64,000 nt of DNA from an uncultured virus (IMG/VR IMGVR_UViG_3300042294_002635) (lineage: Duplodnaviria > Heunggongvirae > Uroviricota > Caudoviricetes). A model generated the notes under the pieces. The model saw only the letters and a list, made by a program, of their open reading frames with translations. It did not search any database and was not told where the DNA came from. Below, in pieces: positions 10,547 to 20,931 of this stretch. Position 1 is the stretch's first letter, and each line of letters begins with the position of its first letter. A program made the translations under genes and the position numbers. The stretch lies in the IMG/VR virus record IMGVR_UViG_3300042294_002635. One strand, given 5' to 3'.

Positions 10547-10618
10547 TAACCCCATAAGGTTACCATCATACTGAGTCCGGTTTGCCCCTTGCAGGGACCA
10601 TACGGGCTTAAGCCAAAA

Positions 10619-10692
10619 GCCCTGTTAGTTCAGTGGATTAGAACATCTCTTTCCTAAAGAGAATGTCGCAGGTTCAAATCCTGCACAGGGCG
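10619..10692 (+). tRNA. tRNA-Arg(CCT)
   Basis: Acceptor GCCCTGT/ACAGGGC; anticodon arm TCTCT-TTCCTAA-AGAGA. Confidence 0.9.
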
Positions 10693-11194
10693 TTTACCCT
10701 TGTCCCCCCTAAGTAAGCCCACTATAACCTCAACCCTAAACTCCGAAAACCTTGATCCCCTGGACCCTGCTCTCGCATGTTGTGCGAATGGGCCCAAACC
10801 ATTAACTCTGGCCACTAGCTGTGTTATGTCTGGGACTCCTCCGTACCCTCACGAAGACTGGAATGCTTACTTTAACGATGTGGCTAAGACAGGGACTTTG
10901 GAAAATTTGCGTATAAGCGCCATTCACAACAACGGCGTAAGAAAGCCACTACTGAACTGATTACAAACAAATGAGAAGCTTATTAGCTCTGTACCCCCTC
11001 CTCCTACTTACCGGTGTCATTTTCATGGCCGCTGGATTTGCCATACCGGGGACAATGGGATACATTCTCGCAATGCTAGGCGGAGGAATTATTGGATTGG
11101 CGCTATTTGCTTAGGTTCGAGAGGGGGGTAGCCGCCCTAACTCGGACGGTTTCCCCGCTTTCCCTCACAGAGCAAAAGGCGGTATAGTACAAGT

Positions 11195-11587
11195 ATGGAA
11201 AACACCGCCCCTCGCCGTGGGATTCTCTGGTTGTCCAAACCGGACCAGAACTCCCCAGTTCACCCAATCTTCAGCCAAGCTGCTGAGCACTTTCACGTTA
11301 CTTTGCAGTTTGGTGTGGTGGAGAACGAGATTCCAGACGGGATCTTAGGGAGAACTTTCACAGTTCGTGCCACTGAAAATTGTTTCAACGACCGCATTCA
11401 TGCCTTACGAGTTGAACTTCCGAGCGGGATCCGGAGTGTTTGCTTGAACAAGAACCCTCACATGACAATTTCGATGCTTCCTGGAGTTCGCCCCGTTGAG
11501 TCGAATGTGATGCTTCAATCTCCACTTGCAATTCAAAGAGAGAACTTTGGTCTTTCCCTCGTTTGCGAGTTTGTACCCTTTCCCTGA
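11195..11587 (+). CDS. 2H phosphoesterase (RNA 2',3'-cyclic phosphodiesterase-like)
   Basis: Two HxT motifs (HVTL, HMTI) and 'N.PH.TIS...GV.PV.SN.ML' as in tRNA-ligase CPD-type domains. Confidence 0.7.
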   Translation: MENTAPRRGILWLSKPDQNSPVHPIFSQAAEHFHVTLQFGVVENEIPDGILGRTFTVRATENCFNDRIHALRVELPSGIRSVCLNKNPHMTISMLPGVRPVESNVMLQSPLAIQRENFGLSLVCEFVPFP

Positions 11588-12424
11588 CCCATGAACAACT
11601 TCCCTGAGAAAATTGTCTCCTTTAAGGTAGTCCCTCAGAGCGTTACAGCTTACACCACCCCGGACGACAGTAAAATAACTACTGTTGTAACCGAACATGT
11701 AGTTGCTCTCGACTCTCACGGAAAACTCTGGGTTAGACTACTAATGGGGAACTACGAAGATGAACTTCCATGGAAATGTTTAACCCCTACATCCACCTCA
11801 GCAAACTCTCATGAATGAACAACAAGAGTACTACGATGAGCTGGAGCAGTACATGAGAGACATTGCAGCCGAACTCGGAGTTTCTGTGAGTTGCGCTCAA
11901 GACGTGTGGTACTTGCGCACTCGTTCTCGACACACTCCGGCGCTGGAAGCTGAGTTAATCGCCCTCCACGCTGCGGGTAATCCTCCGAGCATGTGCGACT
12001 TCGGTGTAACTGATTCCACCCATGAAAACATTCGGAAAGTTTGTGAAAACGTCGGGAGTCTTCATGGGAACTGAAAAAGACGGGGAAGACGCGGAACTGT
12101 TCCGATTTTGGGCGCAAGAAATGTGCTCAAACCGCAGACAGGTATCCAACGCTTTAGAGTGGTGCCGAACACCATTCGAAGTTCGAAGCGCACTCTCGGC
12201 GATTCGTGCGCTGAACAAAGCTTGTCCAAAAAACAACACCTGAGGGATACTGTCATGGCGTCAAACGTGAAAGACAACACCGTTGAGGTGCGCTTGCTGA
12301 GTGAGATCCCGTATCAAATCCCCGTAGTGAGAGAGCCCGAGTGGAAGCGAAGCGTCTACAAGCAAATTCAGGCCGAGTTTCGACTCGATCGAGAAAGATG
12401 CTAAGGTAGGGCCGGGGAGAACCC

Positions 12425-12496
12425 ACCCACGTAGCACAGCGGTAGTGCAGCCGTTTCGTAAGCGGCAGGTCGCTGGTTCGAATCCAGTCGTGGGTT
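12425..12496 (+). tRNA. tRNA-Thr(CGT)
   Basis: Acceptor ACCCACG/CGTGGGT; anticodon arm GCCGT-TTCGTAA-GCGGC; T loop TTCGAAT. Confidence 0.9.
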
Positions 12497-12560
12497 TGCC
12501 CCCTTGTCCACTTCCCTAAGCCAACCTTAGTTAATACCCTTCAACTCCCGCACAAAACAC

Positions 12561-12884
12561 ATGACCGCACCTGAATTTACATCGTCCCAAACCATCGAAA
12601 GCATTGCAACCCCTGAGACGTATGAGACTGTATACTGTACGAAGTACGCCCTTTCCAAGGGAATTTTTAAGGTCACTGGAAAGGCTACGGTCGACGGGTA
12701 TTTCTCAGAAAAGCCCTATAAAGCAGCTTACCCTACCCTATTTCTTGGCCGTGGCGACTGGCACCGAAGCTGGGTCGAAGCCGCAGCGGACGCGGAGAGG
12801 CGGTTGGGTCGAAAGATTGACTCACTGAAAAGGAAAATCGTTGAGTTAAACCAGCTTAAGTTTGTGGAGGTTGACCGACCCTGA
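12561..12884 (+). CDS. hypothetical phage protein
   Basis: 'TKYALSKGI...DWHRS..EA.ADAE.R..RKI.SL' 107-aa ORF. Confidence 0.6.
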   Translation: MTAPEFTSSQTIESIATPETYETVYCTKYALSKGIFKVTGKATVDGYFSEKPYKAAYPTLFLGRGDWHRSWVEAAADAERRLGRKIDSLKRKIVELNQLKFVEVDRP

Positions 12885-12969
12885 GTCCCTTCTGTGCTGT
12901 TACGTAGGGTTACCAACCCTCAAGGGTTGCCCTTTCCACCCAGACAAGGAAGGGTAACCGGTTGCTCCG

Positions 12970-13013
12970 GGGCGGTTTCCCGGCTTGTTTCTGCGGCGCA
13001 GAAACGGTATACT
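12970..13013 (+). promoter_or_regulatory. repeat element copy (promoter)
   Basis: GGGCGGTTTCCCGGC-TTGTTT-CTGCGGCGCAGAAACGG-TATACT. Confidence 0.85.
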
Positions 13014-13391
13014 TACTTTAGTGCAAACCCTCAAGTCCTATGACCCTCCTCGAACAGTTTCTCCTTAAGCGTATTTTCAAGCGCCAGGTCCGCCAAGGCC
13101 CTGACCACGACATACGAATCCAGAACCTGTACCTTATGGTTCGTCAAGCTGCTGCGGAAGAGTTTTCTGAAGACAACTACATCACGTTGAAATCCTTTCT
13201 TGAGGAGCAATTTTCAAGCGTCTTGTGTCACAGACCAGAGGCAACCTGGGCTAAGCATGGGCGATGCTCACGAGATTTGGGCTCTTGCACAGTTAGCGCC
13301 TAATGAAGGCATCGAAGATAGCGTCGATCGAATTCTCGGTTTCTTTAAATCGAAACGACTTAACCGTAACTGAGACAACACAGCAAAACAA

Positions 13392-14108
13392 ATGGAAAAC
13401 ACCAAACTAACACCAAAGGAAGCCTTTGAAACAATCTACAGCAGGTTGAACTTTCTAGAACGTGCTTGTTTGTATGGCGAAGAAGCTGAGATTGTTCGAG
13501 ATGCACTATACTCAATGGCCAAACTTTCTGGTGGTTATTTCCCACCCGAACCCGACTCCGAACTTGGTGTGAAAATGAGTAAGGAAACTGATGATCAGAG
13601 CATAGTCGCCAGAAGTCAGGCGATTAATGCTAGATCCATAGCGCGAGTCGACCGGATTAGACGCAGCTTTGCAGAAGCCCGATTAGCACCACGTATTCTA
13701 GCAATGTGCAAGAGGCGTGGTTGGTCACTGCACTGGTCGGCTCGTGGTGCATACCTACACCTTGAGGCATCAGAACTAATTGAGGCGATTCGTGGGAAGC
13801 GTGGTGATCCGAAGTCGGAAGCCGCAGATGTTCTACTTGTCTTGATGTCAATTACAGAGGCCAATGGGATCTCCTGGTCAGACGTTGTTGCGCAAGCTAC
13901 AGCAACGTGCGCACGGCTGGAGACCTGCGACCCCTACCCTGGAGAAGAGAGACAAGAGCATGAATGCGCCACGAGTCAAACCCCTCACACTCGCTCTACC
14001 CTGTTTCGAATGCCTGCACAAATTACATTCTACACCCTCTTCACTGCTTTCCAGACTCTGCTCTTGTGTTGGGAAATTGCGGTGGCCTTAGACCTCTTTC
14101 CAAACTAA
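13392..14108 (+). CDS. MazG-like nucleotide pyrophosphohydrolase domain protein
   Basis: 'LEASELIEAIR...SEAADVLLVL' fits the all-alpha NTP-PPase EXXE...EXXD motif. Confidence 0.65.
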   Translation: MENTKLTPKEAFETIYSRLNFLERACLYGEEAEIVRDALYSMAKLSGGYFPPEPDSELGVKMSKETDDQSIVARSQAINARSIARVDRIRRSFAEARLAPRILAMCKRRGWSLHWSARGAYLHLEASELIEAIRGKRGDPKSEAADVLLVLMSITEANGISWSDVVAQATATCARLETCDPYPGEERQEHECATSQTPHTRSTLFRMPAQITFYTLFTAFQTLLLCWEIAVALDLFPN

Positions 14109-14448
14109 CAATGACTGTAACTATGAGATCCGCTTTGAAGCGGTTGATTGAACTTGAGGACCAAAATGGACCTGACCCGGCAATCGCAAATTCCTGGACT
14201 GACGCCATTGACGATGCTCGCACTGCCTTGCTAAAGACTCCGGGCCAAACGAACCCGGTAGACGAAGATGAGATAGTATACCTAGAGAGCTCCCTGTGGG
14301 CGACGGCTAAAAGCTTAGAACACTTTGGTCAATGTCACGTAGTTCCCCCTGCCCTACTTTTCCGCGCCGCAGAACTCATCTCGAAGCAGGACGCTAGAAT
14401 TGACGAGCTTGAGTATCTAGTACAAGAAAATATCGACAGAATCGCACC

Positions 14449-15201
14449 ATGAGCACCGATCATGAGCACGCGGATTACATGCTGCGGTTTCGCAGTATTA
14501 TTGGGAAGAACAGCACTGCCCTTGCTGAGACGGAAAAGGAAACTTCAGTGACACAGGCACCGGGTAAAAGCAAGCAATTGCGCCTCGTCGAGCAAGGTAT
14601 TGCGTTTTGCTTCGGCAAGTTTCAACCTAGCCCTTTTGAAGCCCGTTACATTGACCCTTGGGTTGTAGCTGACGTGTTCGGGGCAGAGGCGTTGGCCGAG
14701 TTTAGCGGGTCCGGACCTTCACCGAATCAGGGATCGAGCCTAGCCGATGTTAGACAACTGTGCGTAGACAACGAAATTGCGATGTTTGTTGACTCCTCCG
14801 ATTTTGACACTGTTGTTGTAGCAATTTCAGAGATTGTTCGCACCGCCCTTGCTCGCCGGGGAAATGTTTTCGCCCTACCCGAGACGGAGCCAGGGGTAGA
14901 CCAGTGGTATCCCGACTTCGCAGACTGGCTTGAGCGTGAGATGCCAGAAGGCACAGTTATAGGCGATCCGCTGTGGTGGGCTTCGAAGATCGCTGACCGA
15001 ATCATCTGCACCCCCGCCCTGCTCCAGCAGGTCTCCATCCCGACAGTGCCAGAGCCGAAACGGGTAGAGGGGGTGGGGGGGTTAATGGAAGAACTGGAAC
15101 TGATGGTCAATCGTGCCGCAGATGCTCGTCAGTTTGGTGATGCTCACTTCCTCTCCCGCGCCGTCACCCTGCTCCAACAACTACAAACAGAACAGCTATG
15201 A
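14449..15201 (+). CDS. mosaic hypothetical protein
   Basis: 250-aa ORF; shares short motifs with the 44193 ORF. Confidence 0.55.
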   Translation: MSTDHEHADYMLRFRSIIGKNSTALAETEKETSVTQAPGKSKQLRLVEQGIAFCFGKFQPSPFEARYIDPWVVADVFGAEALAEFSGSGPSPNQGSSLADVRQLCVDNEIAMFVDSSDFDTVVVAISEIVRTALARRGNVFALPETEPGVDQWYPDFADWLEREMPEGTVIGDPLWWASKIADRIICTPALLQQVSIPTVPEPKRVEGVGGLMEELELMVNRAADARQFGDAHFLSRAVTLLQQLQTEQL

Positions 15202-15653
15202 CAACACCGGACGATGCCACCCCAGCCTCTGGGCAGCTGCGGCGTGAGCAGATCGATGCGCTCCTGGAGGAGTTGCGCGACCCTGCCCTGGCCCGTCAAT
15301 TCCTGATGGATGCTGGCCTGATCGACGCTGATGGCCAGCTCACCCCTCCGTACCGCAGTCAGGATGAGGTGCCGGGTCGTTCTATGGAACCGGGGAGTGA
15401 GGTCCGCTGGGAGGTTGAAAACGTTGCCCTTCAGCTGTCGGAACTACCCTGCCGAAGATCGCCATCACCTGCAACCCAAAACGTGAAAAATGTTGTGGAA
15501 TGGCTACAGACTGAGTCGGGAGAAGCTTCCTACGAAGGAAGGGTTAGCATGGCAGAACGACTCGCTTGCGCTGCGATTTTAGTACAGGAGCAGGAAGCCA
15601 GGATAGCAGAGCTTGAGGCGCAAAATGTTGAACTTGGACGGGTAGGTTGGTAG
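15198..15653 (+). CDS. mosaic hypothetical protein
   Basis: 'ARQFLMDAGLIDADG' shared with the 18902 ORF; GC-rich 5' half. Confidence 0.55.
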   Translation: MTTPDDATPASGQLRREQIDALLEELRDPALARQFLMDAGLIDADGQLTPPYRSQDEVPGRSMEPGSEVRWEVENVALQLSELPCRRSPSPATQNVKNVVEWLQTESGEASYEGRVSMAERLACAAILVQEQEARIAELEAQNVELGRVGW

Positions 15654-15710
15654 CTAGCGCAAAATGACCCAGGGGTTACGGGTTTACTTTAACCGAGTGC
15701 ACCCAAAACT

Positions 15711-15731
15711 AAGGGGGTGCTAAACCCCCTT
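15711..15731 (+). terminator. hairpin, probable terminator
   Basis: AAGGGGGT-GCTAA-ACCCCCTT inverted repeat. Confidence 0.45.
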
Positions 15732-15798
15732 AAAACGAATGTTCTCCGGGCGTACCCCCGGAAATTCTTCATCCGTTTTCTACACTCAGTTCTAGTCT

Positions 15799-17475
15799 AT
15801 GAAACCATTAACCCTGGTTGAGCTAATTGCAAAAGAGTCGTTCGTCGAGCTGCGCTACAGCGACACCCTCAACAGCATTCTGCCCAGTTTCAGCCGCTTT
15901 CAGGTTTCCGTCAACGGAGTCCGCCGCAGCCTCACTGGCCCCGCCATGCTGCGCGGCGGCGGCACCACCATCCGCCTGAACCTCGCCACACCGATCCAGG
16001 CCACGGACACCGTTGCGATTACTTATGGCAGCGTAAATGGACTCGACAAAGTTGGTTTCGGCGACATTCGCTCTTTAAGCACTAATCAGAAGGCCGCTTT
16101 CTTTCGCAACCAAAAGGCCGCCAACATCACGCCACCGGTCAATCAGCCTGGTCCCGACCAAGTTCTGTCTTGGATTAGCTGTGCTCTGGAAGCAATCCAA
16201 TCAGCGGGCAGCAATAGAAAACCTGGAGTGCCTCCTACCACGGGTAGTCGTCTGATGGCAATGCTTTCCACGGCAATGTTGGACACTCGGGCAGCGTTCG
16301 GTGATCAAGTGGCATTCTACAAGATCGACCAAAACGCACCCGCTGCCGCTAGCGTAGATGCCGCTTTGATTGGTGCGGCCTACCGCATTCTTTCGTTGGA
16401 GCTTCCTGGAGAACAAGAAATACTCCAAAAGCACTACAAATCAAGTCTGGCCAATCTGACGGGAACCTCGCAGAGCATTCACTCTGGCTTAGCCCTGGGG
16501 TCCGGAATAGCTGATCAAATCCGCTCACTAAGATCCAACGACGGATCAACAAATAATACACCTTATCAACCCCCTACTAATAGCTTTCCGGGATATACCT
16601 GGATGCCAGCCTCAAGCGGACCCAATGCAGGGGCTGCTCTAGGCCCCAATTGGGGCACAGTAAAACCTTGGGGTTTAGACAGTGAAGTTACACATAGGAC
16701 CAACGGTCTGCAGGGGAGGCCAGACGTGAACTTGGACCTGTACGCCAGAGACTTAGCTGAAGTGCGTTTGTACGGCGGACTAACAAACACTGCAACCACC
16801 ACCTCGCGCCGCAATGCCGACCAGACGGACATTGCTCTTTTTTGGGCTTACGATCGGCCTGACACCTATAGGCCGTATGGTCAGTTGTTTGATATTGCGA
16901 CTGAAATAGCAACGAACCAAGCAACAACCCCAGCTAACAACGCTAGGTTATTCGCTAGCTTAAGCGTCGCCATGGCAGACGCCGTAACCGTGGCATGGAA
17001 GAAAAAATACGACAATGTTCAGCCTCGACCGTGGGACGTAATCACTGGCAGTTTTTCCGACGAAGACGGATCAGACCTCACTGTCCGAGACACAGAGTGG
17101 AAGTCGTTGCTTTCCTCCATAAACGGAGTACAATCTCCACCGTTCCCTGACTTTATATCTGGCCACTCAGTAATGGGTGGAGTATTTGCGAGTGTAATGA
17201 CACACTTTTTTGGTGACAACCTCGTATGGTCAACAACTTCGCAGGACCTGCCCGGAAAGTCTCGATCTTTTGACGGTCGCATTGCAAACGGGAGTCTAGG
17301 TGATATAAGCTCCGTGACAAGCTCTAGCCTGTGGAAAGATAACAGCTTCTTTGAAGCTGGCTTGGAAAATGCCATAGGACGTGTTTATGGTGGCGTTCAC
17401 GTTCGAGAAGCATGCGAGGATTCTTTTCTCTTGGGAGTTGCGATAGGAAATTCCACAGTGCACAAGCTTGGTTAG
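15799..17475 (+). CDS. vanadium-dependent haloperoxidase / PAP2-superfamily protein with N-terminal SwmB-like domain
   Basis: Motifs K..Y....RP (KKKYDNVQPRP), PPFP...SGH, R.YGGVH; N-terminal 'F.VSVNG...TIRLNLATPI...DTV.ITY'. Confidence 0.8.
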   Translation: MKPLTLVELIAKESFVELRYSDTLNSILPSFSRFQVSVNGVRRSLTGPAMLRGGGTTIRLNLATPIQATDTVAITYGSVNGLDKVGFGDIRSLSTNQKAAFFRNQKAANITPPVNQPGPDQVLSWISCALEAIQSAGSNRKPGVPPTTGSRLMAMLSTAMLDTRAAFGDQVAFYKIDQNAPAAASVDAALIGAAYRILSLELPGEQEILQKHYKSSLANLTGTSQSIHSGLALGSGIADQIRSLRSNDGSTNNTPYQPPTNSFPGYTWMPASSGPNAGAALGPNWGTVKPWGLDSEVTHRTNGLQGRPDVNLDLYARDLAEVRLYGGLTNTATTTSRRNADQTDIALFWAYDRPDTYRPYGQLFDIATEIATNQATTPANNARLFASLSVAMADAVTVAWKKKYDNVQPRPWDVITGSFSDEDGSDLTVRDTEWKSLLSSINGVQSPPFPDFISGHSVMGGVFASVMTHFFGDNLVWSTTSQDLPGKSRSFDGRIANGSLGDISSVTSSSLWKDNSFFEAGLENAIGRVYGGVHVREACEDSFLLGVAIGNSTVHKLG

Positions 17476-18137
17476 TAGTTGTTACACTCTAAAGGGGCGG
17501 TTAACCGTTTGCCCTGGGACGGTTTCCCGGCTTGTTTTCTGATGAGTTACACGCTATAGTTATCAAAAGAACTAGTATTCCCCCATCACACCACAAGAGC
17601 TACGCATGCCACTCAGCATTCTCCGAGACTTAGTTGCCGACGATTCCTATGCTATTAGTTTTCAATCTCTTGGTCAGTATCGCTCTGCCCTATTGAAAGA
17701 ACTTGACTCCCAGGAACAAGACACCAGGACTTGGGTTCAACCAACCCCCCTAGAAAAGTCAGCCCTTGACTACATCGTTTGGTACGAGCAAATAAGAGCA
17801 GGAATAGGATGGAACGAAGCTCAGCATAATGTTCGTATGACTCTTTCCCTCCCTCCCCTGCCTACCCCAAAACCCGGCCAATGATCCTATCTGACTTTAC
17901 GCCAACTAAAATCACCGGAAAAAGCGCACTCGACTACACGTACTTTGCCGACGTATTTGTCACTACTACCACGGGAGCACTGTGGTGGAAGAAAACAAAC
18001 GTGTCAAGACAAACCATCTCGCGTGAGTTCTTGGGATACTGGTTTTTCGTGGACACTGGTGAGTACACTCCTGGGAGCCAAGCTGAGAACCTGGAACGAT
18101 CTTTTAAGGCAAAAGCGAACCTACCCCCGGAATAGTA

Positions 18138-18776
18138 ATGTTGGAACAGAACTTTCGTAAACTGTGCACCGAGCTGCTAGTTGCCCTGGACGATGCATCT
18201 GAGGCGCTTGACCGAACGAGCGACTGCTGCTATGTCAGTTTTCCAGAGGTCTACGCTCAGTGCTCAGACCTAATCGGAAAACACGACAAGCTCCTTGAAA
18301 GAGCTCGGGCCGCACTGAATGGGTTGGTATTAGACGAAACCAACGATCTTGCCATAGGGCGTCGTGGACTAAACAACACAGAGGTCCTTAGAGACGCCAT
18401 CTCTTGGTTGGGTTGGAGACCAGAGGGGAAACCCAGCCTGCCGGGCTCTGACTTCATTTCAAACTCAGACGAGATACGACGTTGGAACGCCATTGCTCGC
18501 GCCCTGGCTACCTTAGCAGGTCCCCTTTCGTGTTACGGGAAAGTGTATGATGCTTGCCCGGACCATGAAGAAGGTACTAGTAGGGTTCTGAGCATAGCTA
18601 AAGAGATCGACAAGTGTTTCGGCGCTGTCGAGAAGATTCGGCTCGTTATGTCTACGGAAGAACAACAGCGGTACGCGGCACGGATCGCTAAAATTGATGC
18701 TCGAAACAAGGTAGCTCAACAAAACTACACGAAAACTATAGAAGACTTTAAAAGTCGAGGCCCGCTAACCAGGTAA
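18138..18776 (+). CDS. hypothetical protein
   Basis: 212-aa ORF starting 'NFRKLCTELL.AL'. Confidence 0.55.
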   Translation: MLEQNFRKLCTELLVALDDASEALDRTSDCCYVSFPEVYAQCSDLIGKHDKLLERARAALNGLVLDETNDLAIGRRGLNNTEVLRDAISWLGWRPEGKPSLPGSDFISNSDEIRRWNAIARALATLAGPLSCYGKVYDACPDHEEGTSRVLSIAKEIDKCFGAVEKIRLVMSTEEQQRYAARIAKIDARNKVAQQNYTKTIEDFKSRGPLTR

Positions 18777-18789
18777 CGCAATAAACGCC

Positions 18790-19471
18790 ATGAGTTATAA
18801 CTTTCGTGAGCTTTGCTCCAGGATGCTCGCCGCTTGCAATTCTTACTTGTTCTTTACAGACGCTGAGACAACCACTGCGTCCCAAAGGGCGGAGCGACTG
18901 AATGGGGGTCCTGAAGGAGGCTTCTCTTGCATTGAGCACCCTTGTTTCAGAAGACCCCACTAACACTCCCTCAGGCCAGGGTCCGGAGTCCCGTTTGACG
19001 TCTGAGAATCTGGCCTGGGTGGACGAGAAGCTGAAGGAGCCGGGCTGGGCCAGGCAATTTCTGATCTCTGCCGGCCTTCTAGATTCCGAAGGTCACTGGA
19101 ATCGTTCTTACTGGCCTGACGATGGCGAAGCCGGTAACACGTTAGGTTATTACATGGACCACCCTGAGTTCTACTGCGACCCGAAAGAAGAAGGTGGTGT
19201 GAAGGGTGTTTACTCCGGGGATAAGAAAACTGATCAGGAGGTATTTGAAGTGCAAAGTAACAAACCCACACGCTCAGAAATCCTGACTTGGATAGAAGAC
19301 CGATCATCTTGGGGCTCAGACGACTACCTTGGCCGAGTGGCTCATATAGTAGAAGAAGCCCTGGCACACTGGCCCCCTAAGACTAGAAGGGGGGGCGGTT
19401 TCCCCCTCCTCGTTTTGCGGAGGAAAAGCCGCTATAATAAAGGAGACAGAAGAGAGACCTCATGTCGCTAA
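18790..19471 (+). pseudogene. probably frameshifted paralog of the 18138 ORF
   Basis: MSYNFRELCSRMLAA... from 18790 joins the 18902 ORF if one base near 18901 is removed. Confidence 0.4.
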
Positions 19472-19859
19472 CACAACTTCCCATCCAAGACCTGGCTGAG
19501 ATCGGGAGGCTGATACGTCTTTTTGAAGGCGACGCTGAGTGCATCGCCGCAGAGCAACTCTACTTGATTAGCCTAACGGACAAAGACTTGCTGAGTGCTG
19601 TCCGCATCCTACGACTTCTTCTTTCAACCCCATGACACTCACAGTGATCCAAATTTTGACAACGATCTACATCTCAGGTGTTGTGGTAGTTGCACTTGTT
19701 CACCGAGTGGAACTAATTTTAGGTGATGTTTTCACATGGGGTACGTACAAGTCTCCGGTTAAACCAGCGAAGGTTGCGTTGCTTTGGCCTTTGTTCCTCC
19801 TGAACAACTTTCTGAGACGTGTTCTCAAATGAGTTCATTCCCTCTATATTTGTAAAACT

Positions 19860-20288
19860 GTGAAGCTCATGCCTACACAACAACACTACTCACAGGGTTT
19901 AGCTGAGCTTGGATTCGACCGGTCCCGACGGGAAGTTAGAAAACTTCGCGACCTCTGCGCAGCTATCTACCAAGTTTGCGGAGTTCTCAACGCGAGCGCA
20001 GAGGTACTTGACGCTTTGTCCGCCGCCAGCACCGGCGACTACGACGGAAATCCCTTGGACCTCCTTCCGTACAACTCGTTGAACCCTGTCCCTAAGACCG
20101 AAAGGTTACCTGGAGCTGAAGAATGTGACTCGAAGGGGTACTGCTGGTGGGGCAACCCCGCCATAAGGGGAAGCTCTCACCCAATGTACTCCTGCAGCTC
20201 GTGGAAATACTCGGCCAGGGTTGGGGACGGCAGCCACTGGTTACCCTACTACGCGCTTCCTGAGGTACCTGCTCGCCCCATGCTCTAA
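19860..20288 (+). CDS. hypothetical protein with 'ERLPG.E.CD..G.CWW...HWLP' module
   Basis: Module also in the 44193 ORF. Confidence 0.55.
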   Translation: MKLMPTQQHYSQGLAELGFDRSRREVRKLRDLCAAIYQVCGVLNASAEVLDALSAASTGDYDGNPLDLLPYNSLNPVPKTERLPGAEECDSKGYCWWGNPAIRGSSHPMYSCSSWKYSARVGDGSHWLPYYALPEVPARPML

Positions 20289-20469
20289 ACTGGCACGGGT
20301 CACAAATCAGACGGCAAGCAGAACGACACCACCTAAAAAGTATGCGAACTTTCTAAAAGTTTTCAGAAAAGTGGGTGGCTTGAGCGTCCCACTCCTCTTT
20401 TCACGAGCGTTCCCCCAAGCTTACGACACAAATTTTCCAGTACTTAATCTCTCAGACCACTCACAAACG

Positions 20470-20931
20470 ATGACCATTCAAACAAGACAAGCAGTTTTTG
20501 AAACCAACAGTTCAAGCACCCACTCACTCAGTATCTCTTCAAGTTCCACAGATCTCCTTGATACCTTGCCCTTAAACGAACAGGGGGAAGTGGTCCTCAA
20601 TGGGGGCCAGTTTGGCTGGGGAGTGGAAGACTACTCCGATGCGGGCACTAAGGCGAGTTACGCGGCCATTTACGTTTCCGATTGGTCCGGGGAAGAGAGT
20701 GCGGAGTTCAAGGAAGTTCTTGACAAAGTGATCAAGCAGCAAACGGGTTGCTCAAACGTCGTGTACAACTTTTCCACAGACTGGTCTAGCGATGCACGGG
20801 AAACCTCATACATCGACCACCAGTCTGTTGAAGGGGGTCAGCTAGACTACTTGTTCGAAGACCCAGAACTTTTGCGCCAGTTCATCTTCAACCCTCGCAG
20901 TGTCCTTCATACCGACAATGACAACTACTGA
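20470..20931 (+). CDS. conserved phage protein with 'R..FETNSSSTHS' motif
   Basis: ATG 20470 in frame; overlaps start of the radical SAM gene. Confidence 0.65.
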   Translation: MTIQTRQAVFETNSSSTHSLSISSSSTDLLDTLPLNEQGEVVLNGGQFGWGVEDYSDAGTKASYAAIYVSDWSGEESAEFKEVLDKVIKQQTGCSNVVYNFSTDWSSDARETSYIDHQSVEGGQLDYLFEDPELLRQFIFNPRSVLHTDNDNY

